Assembly (NCBI GenBank): GCA_041738615.1
Contig: JBGSPL010000003.1
Span: forward strand, 114,352 to 178,351
DNA from: Patescibacteria group bacterium
GTDB taxonomy: Bacteria; Patescibacteriota; CPR2; UBA1875; CAIMLA01
Direction of reading: 5' to 3'
Length of the DNA: 64,000 bases
In this document: positions 27,741 to 38,451 of the stretch, piece by piece
Layout: every line of letters starts with the position of its first letter
Position numbering within the stretch: position 1 is the first letter of the stretch
The notes under the pieces: model-generated
Told to the model about the DNA's origin: nothing
The model's input: the letters and a program-made list of their open reading frames with translations, nothing else
Database searches by the model: none
Program-made: the position numbers and the translations under genes

Positions 27741-28097
27741 TTAGTGAAACATCACATAGCCCACAAAGACTGCGCCGCTAGTGACTGCACTGATAGAGTT
27801 TACGATTGCCAGCGGCTTGTCCTTATAGAAGAAGCCATAAACGGCCCAACAGATGGAGACCATGGAGTACCCCGCCCAAGTAATCGGCGAAATCCCAGCT
27901 ACCGCCTTGGTCGTGAAGATATGAAATATTTGGACGCTCGTCATTACTGGACCAAAGGTGCCGATAGTAGCCATCGCCCTGTCTATTTTCTTTACCGAGT
28001 TCTTGTTTTGTCTATGCTTCTCAAAATATTTGTCGTGTACCGCAGTCATCATTTTTCTTAGCCTAGTCAAAACTTTTCTCCTCGTTGGCACACGCAA
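27741..28097 (-). CDS. Small membrane protein (3 TM)
   Basis: 118 aa, basic N-terminus then three hydrophobic helices. Confidence 0.45.
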   Translation of the reverse strand: MRVPTRRKVLTRLRKMMTAVHDKYFEKHRQNKNSVKKIDRAMATIGTFGPVMTSVQIFHIFTTKAVAGISPITWAGYSMVSICWAVYGFFYKDKPLAIVNSISAVTSGAVFVGYVMFH

Positions 28098-28212
28098 AAA
28101 TATGCGTCTGCCCTGTTATAAAATAAAGTAATTATTGCTCGACTAACCCAACACGACTCCTGCCGAACGCTTTTCGTAGACTATTTTAGCATTTCTACGT
28201 AGAGGTATCAAT

Positions 28213-28776
28213 CTAAAGTTTCTGCAGGGCTTCCTGAATCCCGATGTAACCGACTTCTGCGTCCCTGATGCACTCAGGAAAGGTCAATATAGCTTTTTTC
28301 TGATCAAATTTGTGGAGAACATATTTCTTAGCCTCCTCCTTGCTATAACCTCGCGAGAGCAAGTCGTCGTAATACACGCTTAATTTATCCCATGTGATAA
28401 ATTTGTAGCATTCGGCATTCTTCATAACTTCTGCTACCAAGCTATTTGGTTTCCCTGATTTGTGGTGGTCTCGAATCGCTTCCAAAATAGTCATTTGTTG
28501 CTCTTCTGGACAGCCCCAACTATCCAAATACTTTTCGGCCATGATGGCGCTGAGATCAGGGTGGTTCTTTTGGATTTCGCCTCCAACCTGCTTATCGAAA
28601 CAAATATGTGCTAAATAAAGTGCGGCCAGCACTGTTTCGGTATCCACCCCATATTTTTCCGACAGCTCCTCTCCTTTCGCGGTAGCCGTCTCTGTGAGCT
28701 CCCAAACAGGTGCCCCATTTTCTACTGTCATTTGACGCATGAGCTCTCGGGATTTCTTTACTAGGTTCGTCATACT
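28213..28776 (-). CDS. Hypothetical alpha-helical protein (start probably MTNLVKK)
   Basis: Longer ORF (to 28830) would overlap upstream gene by 55 nt. Confidence 0.45.
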   Translation of the reverse strand, partial: SMTNLVKKSRELMRQMTVENGAPVWELTETATAKGEELSEKYGVDTETVLAALYLAHICFDKQVGGEIQKNHPDLSAIMAEKYLDSWGCPEEQQMTILEAIRDHHKSGKPNSLVAEVMKNAECYKFITWDKLSVYYDDLLSRGYSKEEAKKYVLHKFDQKKAILTFPECIRDAEVGYIGIQEALQKL

Positions 28777-29242
28777 AGTAACCTTTCGGTGGTTTAGTTT
28801 TCTTGTCCGGTTTCTGTAGATCCAAGGCATCTAGCTGCCGCATTATTTCAGCGACCTCTAGCGCTACCGTTTGCGAGTGCAAACCACGAGCTTCAAGTAT
28901 ATTGTTTACTTCCTCTAGGGTTTTGTCGAAATTGTTCTTATTCTTCTGATTTATGTCTTTCCAAGCGATGTTTGCTAGCGCCTCGGCCGTCTCTTCGTGA
29001 TGCGGCACGATGCCCTTTGCAAAGAGAAATGATATTGCTGGGTAACCCAAGTACCCTGCAAAGAATGAGGCATTATCATTGGCATATATCTGCATAGTCT
29101 CTGGATTGTAACTAATGGTGTAGAATTTGCCGCGCGAAGAAGAATAGAGCTTCGCAGCGTCCCCTTCTATCTCTAGACGTCCATCGCCGATAGCACCAAG
29201 GGCTTCGTATATTTTTATTACTGGAGGCATTGGCCATTTCAT
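28775..29242 (-). CDS. Hypothetical protein
   Basis: 155 aa. Confidence 0.45.
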   Translation of the reverse strand: MKWPMPPVIKIYEALGAIGDGRLEIEGDAAKLYSSSRGKFYTISYNPETMQIYANDNASFFAGYLGYPAISFLFAKGIVPHHEETAEALANIAWKDINQKNKNNFDKTLEEVNNILEARGLHSQTVALEVAEIMRQLDALDLQKPDKKTKPPKGY

Positions 29243-29323
29243 AACCCTATTATACCGTATTATTTGCTTTGGGCGTCACTCAGCTTGCTTTACCCGCCTT
29301 CCTACTCATGGTATAAATAAGTT

Positions 29324-30370
29324 ATGAATGCAAAAAGCTTTATCAAATATCTGGGGATTATCACAATCTACGTACTGATTATGGCAGCCATCTTCAAGGC
29401 AGCCAACGTGCTCGGGATGATTGGCGCAGCAGTGCTCGTTACAATCGTGCTAGATCCCATCGTCGGCAGTATCCAAAAAGGTATGCCTAGAAAATCCCGA
29501 GGTCTTGCCATCCTTATTACATTACTCATGCTTGCTGCTGTTCTTGGGGTTTTTGGCTATATTCTCTTCATCCCTCTCGGTTCGGAGCTGTCAAAGCTAG
29601 TGACTGCCATTTCCAATCATCTAGCAAAGAATCAGGCGTCTGACATTGAGTTTCTAAAATCAAACCTAAACATTACCGATATTCAGAATATGCTGGTCGC
29701 AAATGCGCAAAAGATTCTAACTACTTCGATAGATATCACTGTAACCGTTGTGGGCAACATAGGTTCACTGATTCTGACCTTAATCACAATCATTACTATG
29801 TCTTTCTTTATGCTGATAGATACCCAGAAGATCCTCGGATACGGGAGCCATTTGCTACCGGGAAAATATCAAAAAGTTTACCGTCGATTGACTGGTGAGC
29901 TATACGGAATCACTACAAAGTACTTTGGCGGTGTATTGATAACCTCTATGATTGCGGGTCTATCTGCCTTTATCCCGCTCTTCTTTGTACACGCAGAGTA
30001 TCTCATCTCTCTAGCGTTTATCGTAGCCATCATGGACATGGTACCACTAATCGGCGCTACCATCGGGGCTGTAATTGTAATATTGGTGCTGGTGCTTACG
30101 GGGAATCCTATCGGTGCCCTCATCATGGGCGCGTACTTTCTCGCCTACCAACAGGTCGAGAATAACATCGTGATCCCTTTTGTTCAGAAGAATAACGTCA
30201 AACTATCACCTCTGGCAATATTGATTGCTCTGCTACTCGGGATATCACTTGGTGGCTTAGTGGGTGCGCTACTTGCTATCCCTGGCGCTGCGTTCATCAA
30301 GGTTGTCTTTATCGCACTACAAGAAGAGGGCCTGATCTACAAGGCGCCCGAGGACTCAGAAACTTCCTAG
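29324..30370 (+). CDS. AI-2E family transporter (PerM/YhhT-like)
   Basis: 348 aa, 8 TM, characteristic loop YQQVENNIVIPFVQ. Confidence 0.8.
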   Translation: MNAKSFIKYLGIITIYVLIMAAIFKAANVLGMIGAAVLVTIVLDPIVGSIQKGMPRKSRGLAILITLLMLAAVLGVFGYILFIPLGSELSKLVTAISNHLAKNQASDIEFLKSNLNITDIQNMLVANAQKILTTSIDITVTVVGNIGSLILTLITIITMSFFMLIDTQKILGYGSHLLPGKYQKVYRRLTGELYGITTKYFGGVLITSMIAGLSAFIPLFFVHAEYLISLAFIVAIMDMVPLIGATIGAVIVILVLVLTGNPIGALIMGAYFLAYQQVENNIVIPFVQKNNVKLSPLAILIALLLGISLGGLVGALLAIPGAAFIKVVFIALQEEGLIYKAPEDSETS

Positions 30371-30406
30371 CTACTATAGGGGTTCGGTGTATTCTAGAAC
30401 TAAATT

Positions 30407-30787
30407 CTAACGATATAAACACTCATACGGTGCTTCCCAGCTGGGAGGCGCACCGACTGGAGGCGTACAAACGTCCGTATTTATGTCATTCTTCACTGGT
30501 ACTTCATCGGCATCTACGGAGCAAACCCAACCGTTTCCAGACCCTGGCATAGAGGCCTGCCCATTATCTTGCTTTCGGGTTGGGACCAATCCTTCGCAGC
30601 ACTTTTTCTTGTCACAATCAACACAAGAGCCCCCTAGCTCCTCACCCTCCAATAGGCACTTAGTGCTTACCTTATTGTTACGCCAAGTTGTAGTTCCAAC
30701 ATAAACTAGTACCCCGGCTAGGACAACGACGACGAGTATAGATAAATATATTATGTCTTTTTTGTTCATACAGATACTATAGCACAA
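30407..30787 (-). CDS. Small secreted Cys-rich protein
   Basis: 126 aa, signal anchor, 12 Cys. Confidence 0.5.
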   Translation of the reverse strand: MCYSICMNKKDIIYLSILVVVVLAGVLVYVGTTTWRNNKVSTKCLLEGEELGGSCVDCDKKKCCEGLVPTRKQDNGQASMPGSGNGWVCSVDADEVPVKNDINTDVCTPPVGAPPSWEAPYECLYR

Positions 30788-31005
30788 ACAAAAATAATGC
30801 CTACAAAAAGCATTATCTTATATTTTGGTGGGCCTGGTATCAAATAATTTACACCTTATCTTAGAAGAGACTAGCCGCTGGCGAACCATTCTTAGTATTG
30901 AGTATGAGAGATATAAGCTTGAAAGGAGTTACGCTCCCTTGTGTTAGTTGCACTAGTGATTACTAGTAATTCTCCACGTAGGGTCGGCGTAGAAAAAGTA
31001 AAACT

Positions 31006-31428
31006 ATGTCATTAGCAGATAGGTTCCACCCAACAAAATATGATGAGAGGTACATACACTTTGCTTTATGCGTGAGTAGTATGGACACTGTCGCTGCTGC
31101 CCTTGATGAACTATACAACAAAGGCTATTCGCCTGGTAACAAGATTGGGAGAGTTAAAAATGAAACCGAGGCTGAACATCTACTTGAGATACTCAATACC
31201 CCCGGAGCGCTTACCTGTGTCCTAAACGTAAAGGGACTAGAAGCACAGTGGCCAAGATTTGAGTACATTAAGTCCAACCTAACAGGCTATATTTACTACT
31301 TTTTATGTAGTGACTGTGGCAAGAGAGTAAAGTTTCTCTACCACACTAACTCGAGTTATGGGTATAAGTGCAGAGACTGTCAGAGGCTTCGATATCCTCC
31401 AAACAAGAAGTACCTATATAACCTATAG
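31006..31428 (+). CDS. Hypothetical protein with C-terminal zinc ribbon
   Basis: CSDCGKRV...CRDCQRL. Confidence 0.45.
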   Translation: MSLADRFHPTKYDERYIHFALCVSSMDTVAAALDELYNKGYSPGNKIGRVKNETEAEHLLEILNTPGALTCVLNVKGLEAQWPRFEYIKSNLTGYIYYFLCSDCGKRVKFLYHTNSSYGYKCRDCQRLRYPPNKKYLYNL

Positions 31429-31677
31429 GTCCTCGAGCATCACTGACAGATCAACCTTCATCGCTTTTGACATTCTCCACACAGTATAAACACTCGGCGA
31501 GTACCTTCCCGTTTCTATGTGTCCAATGTAGGCGCTGTCATACCCAGCAGCTTCTGCTAACTTTTCCTGAGTAAAGCCATTCGCCTTTCGAACTTCCTTA
31601 ATTCTTAAGCCTATCTTCTTAGCGAAGTCTTTCTTCTGCTTGGCCTTTTCTAAAATATCTAAATCTCTAAACTCCAT
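31423..31677 (-). CDS. XRE-family helix-turn-helix transcriptional regulator
   Basis: 84 aa; FTQEKLAEAAGYDSAYIGHIETGRYSPSVYTVWRMSKAMKV. Confidence 0.8.
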   Translation of the reverse strand: MEFRDLDILEKAKQKKDFAKKIGLRIKEVRKANGFTQEKLAEAAGYDSAYIGHIETGRYSPSVYTVWRMSKAMKVDLSVMLEDL

Positions 31678-31743
31678 AACAAGATTATCGGTGTATTCGT
31701 AGATAATTCTTATGGCGTAGACATAGACTTTTCACATAATAAG

Positions 31744-32124
31744 TTGTATATTTTGCCTATGAGTAAAACAAAGTACTACAGTTACGTTTTTGTGGGGATA
31801 CTGTTAGGCGCTATGGCGGGACTACTCTTCACGTTCGTTAAGGTGAACTACTTTGAGAAAACAAAAAGCGGAATGTTTGCTGTACACAAAGAGTGTGTCC
31901 AGTGGAATGAAGCCTGTATCGACGCGTGCGAAGACTCTCGCGACGACGTTCGGGGCGGTAGCTGTAGTAGTTGCTGCATATTAGAAGATGACGTTGTAGA
32001 AACCCTTGGAGACCGACTTTCTTCAGAAGCAAAACTATACGGCCTTGTCTTTGCTTTTGGCCCTGGCTTACTTGTGGGGCTTGGACTAGCAGAAGATAAG
32101 AGAAAAAGGATAGAAAATGTTTAA
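31744..32124 (+). CDS. Hypothetical small membrane protein
   Basis: 126 aa. Confidence 0.4.
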   Translation: MYILPMSKTKYYSYVFVGILLGAMAGLLFTFVKVNYFEKTKSGMFAVHKECVQWNEACIDACEDSRDDVRGGSCSSCCILEDDVVETLGDRLSSEAKLYGLVFAFGPGLLVGLGLAEDKRKRIENV

Positions 32125-32302
32125 ACAAATGGATCGCTCAAGAAAGTTTGAGTTGTTTATAGGTATTCCTATAGGAGTTACCCTTATCAACATACTTAAA
32201 CCTGGTGCCCTAATAGCAATGGGGATATTTCTATTGTTCTTCTTTGGTGCCGGCCTTATTGGAGCCATAACAGACAAGGACCAGGATGAAAAAGCCAAAT
32301 AA
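32117..32302 (+). CDS. Hypothetical small membrane protein
   Basis: 61 aa, overlapping start/stop with neighbours. Confidence 0.35.
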   Translation: MFKQMDRSRKFELFIGIPIGVTLINILKPGALIAMGIFLLFFFGAGLIGAITDKDQDEKAK

Positions 32303-32525
32303 ACAAGCGCTAGATGATCTCTACGAGTTTGGGCTTGATTTGTTCAGTAACGAACCAACAACTAAACCGTACAATATTGACTACAAGCCAGGTTACGGAC
32401 CAAATGGGAGCGCTCTTCAAAGACTCTTGCATCGCTGCTTAATGGGTCTTATAGTTATCGCTTTTCTGGCGGTTCCTGTTATTACCTTGCTGGGTATTTG
32501 GGCGCTACTGACGAGGTTACTTTAA
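32286..32525 (+). CDS. Hypothetical small membrane protein
   Basis: 79 aa. Confidence 0.35.
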   Translation: MKKPNKQALDDLYEFGLDLFSNEPTTKPYNIDYKPGYGPNGSALQRLLHRCLMGLIVIAFLAVPVITLLGIWALLTRLL

Positions 32526-32562
32526 TTTGCTTATGGCTTGTCAAAGGGATTAAAATATAGCT

Positions 32563-32889
32563 ATGACAAAAATGTTAGAAGAACTATCTAAAGACTTCGT
32601 GCCGAAAACGCCCCTAGGGCATATTTGGAATATAATTCTTAGTTTTTTTGCCCTAAGTATTCACCTTTCGATAGCTGTATTCGTTATGAAAGCCTTCGCA
32701 CAGAGAGTTTATATGACCGACCTGGATAGTCTTTACCTCGTCTGGTTTTGGCTGCCCTGGGTGGCCTTTGCTGTGTGGGTACCGATTGGGATAAAATTGA
32801 AGAAAATCAAACACCCAGTTTTAACCTCATTCGCAGTAGTTATTTGGTTAATTGCATGGTTCGGTGGACTAGTTTCGGCGGTACAGTAG
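32563..32889 (+). CDS. Hypothetical small membrane protein
   Basis: 108 aa, 3 TM. Confidence 0.4.
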   Translation: MTKMLEELSKDFVPKTPLGHIWNIILSFFALSIHLSIAVFVMKAFAQRVYMTDLDSLYLVWFWLPWVAFAVWVPIGIKLKKIKHPVLTSFAVVIWLIAWFGGLVSAVQ

Positions 32890-32939
32890 AGGTGAATGAC
32901 CACTAGTCATAGTGGAAAGAAATTGTTTTCTCTGTTATA

Positions 32940-33959
32940 ATGACGAATATGAAGGAAGTTAATGTGGCCAAAGAAAAAATAACTGACCTAATAAAAGAAC
33001 TCGAAGTTGAAAGAAAATCAAAAGTTATCGTCTTTATTACGGGCGATAAACAGCCAAACGAACAGTTTGGAACTCAGGTCCACCCTGAGCAGTTGGTTTT
33101 CTTCCGCAAAACTCTTGAAGATATGGGTTCGACTGATAAGATATCACTTGTTTTAGACACTAGGGGTGGAGCTCTTGAAATGCCTTGGCCACTAGTAAAC
33201 CTAATAAGAGAATACTGTAAACGATATGAAGTTATCATTCTAGAAAAGGCACTAAGTGCCGGAACGCTAATCGCTTTAGGCGCCGATAAGATCGTTATGC
33301 AGCCATTCTCACACTTAAGCCCAGTTGACCCTGCTACTTTTATTCCCAATGGCAACCCTAATGTTCTAGAAAAGCTTGAGATAGAAGACATTATAGGTTT
33401 CATCGACTTCGCAAAAGAAAAGGTTGGCATAGCCGAACAGGCAGCTCTTTCAGACGTTATGAAGGAACTAACTAAGCAGATTAAACCGACACTCTTAGGC
33501 TCGGTTAACAGAACATACGCCCTCATAAGAAAGCTTGCTAGACAGCTACTGTCCCTGCACGGAAGCAAACTCACCGAGAAACAAGTCAATGAGATTACAG
33601 AGCACCTGACCCAGAAGCTTTACTCCCACAGTTACCTGATTAACAGGAAAGAGGCAAAAGAGATTATAGGCTTCGGTAATATTATTGAGAAATCTACTGG
33701 AAAGACACGTGAAATATCAACAAAGATAATGGACTACTACAGAGACCTGATGGATGTTGATAAAGAGTTTAACCCACCGGCTTTACTTGCAGACAAAGAG
33801 ACTGTTGACTACTCGGTCGTAGCAGCTGTGGTCCAAAGTTCAGCAAAGAAGTTCTCGTTTACAAACAAACTTAGACTTACCAAAATATCCGACCCTTCAG
33901 GAAGACTAAATATTAACTTAGAAGTCATCGAGAGAAAATGGTTAGAGGAAAAAGAATAG
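32940..33959 (+). CDS. SDH-family (ClpP/crotonase-fold, S49-like) serine protease
   Basis: 339 aa; VFITGDKQ...LVLDTRGGALEM...SAGTLIALGADKIVMQPFSHLSPVDP. Confidence 0.6.
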   Translation: MTNMKEVNVAKEKITDLIKELEVERKSKVIVFITGDKQPNEQFGTQVHPEQLVFFRKTLEDMGSTDKISLVLDTRGGALEMPWPLVNLIREYCKRYEVIILEKALSAGTLIALGADKIVMQPFSHLSPVDPATFIPNGNPNVLEKLEIEDIIGFIDFAKEKVGIAEQAALSDVMKELTKQIKPTLLGSVNRTYALIRKLARQLLSLHGSKLTEKQVNEITEHLTQKLYSHSYLINRKEAKEIIGFGNIIEKSTGKTREISTKIMDYYRDLMDVDKEFNPPALLADKETVDYSVVAAVVQSSAKKFSFTNKLRLTKISDPSGRLNINLEVIERKWLEEKE

Positions 33960-34186
33960 GAGTAACTATGTTTAGTACTTGTAACACTGTGTGCGCGTCT
34001 AATAATAAAGTCCTTACTTTCAGAAGTTCGACTGCAAATGGTAAAGTCGAAACACATTATAATGTTATTGAGCCTTATATTATAAGCAAAACTAATATCG
34101 TCAATAATCAATCGGCCACCGAAGAGATGGACAATGATTTTGATGTGAAGATTAACAAACAATTTTTTCAAACAAAGAATATTTAG
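33938..34186 (+). CDS. Hypothetical protein
   Basis: 82 aa, overlaps protease stop. Confidence 0.3.
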   Translation: MVRGKRIGVTMFSTCNTVCASNNKVLTFRSSTANGKVETHYNVIEPYIISKTNIVNNQSATEEMDNDFDVKINKQFFQTKNI

Positions 34187-34189
34187 TAA

Positions 34190-34693
34190 ATGTACATTCC
34201 TAGCAGAGAAATTGATAAAACCATATTTTATCAAGGGGATGTTATAAAGAACTTCCCCTTTTTTGTTTTGTCTGAGCTTGAAGAAAAAGTAGCTGCCATA
34301 AAAGAAGCTGGCGAGGGTACAATTGAAATTAAATCGAAGCTAGTTGACGTTATGATACTTTCTCAAACCTGCGATATCCAACGCCGAGACCAAGTCATCG
34401 TAGCTCCAATAGCTTCAATGGCATCTGGGGTAGAGAGCGGTGAATTGAAAGCAAACATACTGGATAATATCCGTGGGCGAAAAATCAACTTCCTATTTTA
34501 CCTCCCTGAAAGCCCTGATCTTATCCCAGAGTCTTACTGTAATCTTCAGCTCATCTACTATGTTTCTCCTGCGTTACTAAATAGTTTTGCAGACAATAAA
34601 GCAGTTACGCTAAGCGATTGGGGAAGACACCACCTTAGCTGGGCCCTCAGTAATTACTTTGGACGCCCAATAATTAGCAAGGTAAGGGACTAG
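34190..34693 (+). CDS. Hypothetical protein
   Basis: 167 aa. Confidence 0.45.
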   Translation: MYIPSREIDKTIFYQGDVIKNFPFFVLSELEEKVAAIKEAGEGTIEIKSKLVDVMILSQTCDIQRRDQVIVAPIASMASGVESGELKANILDNIRGRKINFLFYLPESPDLIPESYCNLQLIYYVSPALLNSFADNKAVTLSDWGRHHLSWALSNYFGRPIISKVRD

Positions 34694-35049
34694 TCTTTTG
34701 ACTTTAGTGGGGATGGTTTGATATAATATAGCTACAATTTGATTTTCGAAATGAGGTGTCCTGCGTGATCGCGTGGGCATTTTTTAATTTCGAGAGGCGT
34801 TGTGTGGGTCAAGGGCTAAACAAAACTGATTATGAGACACTTGAGAATGAGCAGGCGGAGGCCTGGGCCAGTCTGCTCTATTCTATGTTCCGCAAGAAGA
34901 AACAACGTGAAGCTTTGCAAAGCCCTGGAGGTAATAATATAATGGTATTGGACACAAATAACGACGAAGCAAGAAGGCAGTGATGGCAGTCTCTTATTCC
35001 TTGTCGTTAAGGAGTGTCCAGAGGCTGCCATCTTTGTTAGGAGTATTCT

Positions 35050-36635
<1,586 letters not shown>

Positions 36636-36678
36636 TAGACCGGTAGATTGTAGCAAATACAGGCTCAGATTTCAAGGT

Positions 36679-38451
36679 ATGTGCTATAATATAGTTATGA
36701 ATACTGTATCTAACTGTATTGTGTGCCACAAGGTACTCTCGGGTAAACAACGGTCATTCTGTTCGGTTGAGTGCAAAAATAACCATCATCTTAGCTACCC
36801 GGCACTAAAAAAACGCGCCACCGAGAGAAAGGTAATCCTACTCAATCAATTTGGCAACAGTTGTAAGCACTGCGGTTACTCTAAAAGCATCGACTGTCTC
36901 TCCTTTTACGATACCCGGGGGCAGAGTCTGCATATGGACACAACTATCCTCGCAAACTCTAGCCTGATAAAGCTGCAAAAAAAGGCCAAAAACGCGCAAG
37001 TCCTCTGCCGCAACTGTGCCGAGGAAACGCATAATGCCAGTGCAGACCCCCGGTTTGTGCAGCTGCGTGAGCTTACGCCAAAGGGCAGCAATATTGACCT
37101 TGCCAAAGTCTTGGGGTCCAAGCTGGGCAACCTAGGCATCCGCAGAGATGCAAAGATTGTCCTAGGTGTCTCTGGAGGAGTAGACTCCATAGTGCTGCTT
37201 TACCTCTTAACAAAGCTTGCACCCAAGAACAAGATAATTGTAGCTCACGTAAACCACAGTTTTCGTGAAGACTCAGATAATGATGAGCAGTTTGTCCGTT
37301 CCCTGGCCAAACAGTATGGTCTTACTTACGCATCTACGAAGCTAGAACCGCTCGACAACCATTCTAATATTCCTAAGAATATATCTGAGAGCAAATCAAA
37401 GAATCTCGAAGAGTATTTTCGAGATGAGAGGCGGAAATTTCTGCTAGATACCGTCAAGAAATACCGTGCAGACTACCTGGCCCTTGCCCACAACGCAGAT
37501 GATCAAGTAGAAACGGTACTTATGAATCTGGTGCGTGGGAGCGGTCCCTCTGGGCTTTCAGGAATGAAAGAGAAGGACGCCAAGTTGATTCGACCGCTTT
37601 TATCAATTTCTAAATCTGACATTACAAGTTTTGCGAAAACAAACCGGCTCGAATGGCACGAAGACGTCACCAATACAGACACAAACTATAGTCGAAATTA
37701 CATCCGCCATCAGCTACTCCCGCTTCTAGAGCGACTAAACACAGAATATCTCGCCAACATCGTTCGCTCTGCTAAGATTCAAGAAGAAACTTTCGCATAC
37801 CTAAAAGAGCGAGCCAGCTGGCTAGTGGAGCAGCTACAAAACAATGCAGCCGTTTCTAGGCAAGTCCCGCAGCCAATCCTCTACGAAGCGCTCGCCCAGA
37901 TGTACGAGAACGTCAAAGGTGACCGAAAGGAGCTCTCGCTTGCCCACCTGGAAGCAATTCGCGAGCTCGCACAAAATATAGAGGGTACCAAAACGATAGA
38001 TTTACCAGGAGACATTACGGCTCGGCGACGCTACAATCACCTTGATTTTGTGCTCAAAATGAGAGATAATAAAGCACAGATTCAGGCCCCTCTGGAGCTT
38101 CGTGAAGGGCACTTCAAATTCGGAAATTACCACGTGGTAGTTAGACGAGCGACACCGAAAGATACCGAGAATACAGAAACCGTGCTTCTTCCCGACCTCT
38201 CTGGGTATCTGATCCGCACGGTTCTGCCTGGAGACAGAATCGCAAAAAGGGGTCTCACTGGTCACAAAAAGCTGCAAGACCTGTTCGTAGATGCTAAAAT
38301 AGATAGGCAAATACGCTCACGGATACCATTACTGACCGGGCCCGAAAACGAGGTCCTGTGGGTTCCCGGGCTCGCAGCCTCTAGGAACCTAGACACGAAA
38401 CAAGCAAAATATAGCATAACCATAAGCGAGGCAAGTCATGAAAACCGTTAA
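36679..38451 (+). CDS. tilS: tRNA(Ile)-lysidine synthetase TilS with ~150-aa N-terminal zinc-ribbon extension
   Basis: PP-loop VLGVSGGVDS; substrate-binding C-terminal domain; four N-terminal CxxC pairs. Confidence 0.85.
   Translation: MCYNIVMNTVSNCIVCHKVLSGKQRSFCSVECKNNHHLSYPALKKRATERKVILLNQFGNSCKHCGYSKSIDCLSFYDTRGQSLHMDTTILANSSLIKLQKKAKNAQVLCRNCAEETHNASADPRFVQLRELTPKGSNIDLAKVLGSKLGNLGIRRDAKIVLGVSGGVDSIVLLYLLTKLAPKNKIIVAHVNHSFREDSDNDEQFVRSLAKQYGLTYASTKLEPLDNHSNIPKNISESKSKNLEEYFRDERRKFLLDTVKKYRADYLALAHNADDQVETVLMNLVRGSGPSGLSGMKEKDAKLIRPLLSISKSDITSFAKTNRLEWHEDVTNTDTNYSRNYIRHQLLPLLERLNTEYLANIVRSAKIQEETFAYLKERASWLVEQLQNNAAVSRQVPQPILYEALAQMYENVKGDRKELSLAHLEAIRELAQNIEGTKTIDLPGDITARRRYNHLDFVLKMRDNKAQIQAPLELREGHFKFGNYHVVVRRATPKDTENTETVLLPDLSGYLIRTVLPGDRIAKRGLTGHKKLQDLFVDAKIDRQIRSRIPLLTGPENEVLWVPGLAASRNLDTKQAKYSITISEASHENR

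Noticed and set aside
27744-28061. 105-aa plus-strand ORF overlapping the 27741..28097 membrane protein
   Set aside because: The minus-strand product has coherent TM helices and the plus-strand product is Cys/His/Arg-rich junk.
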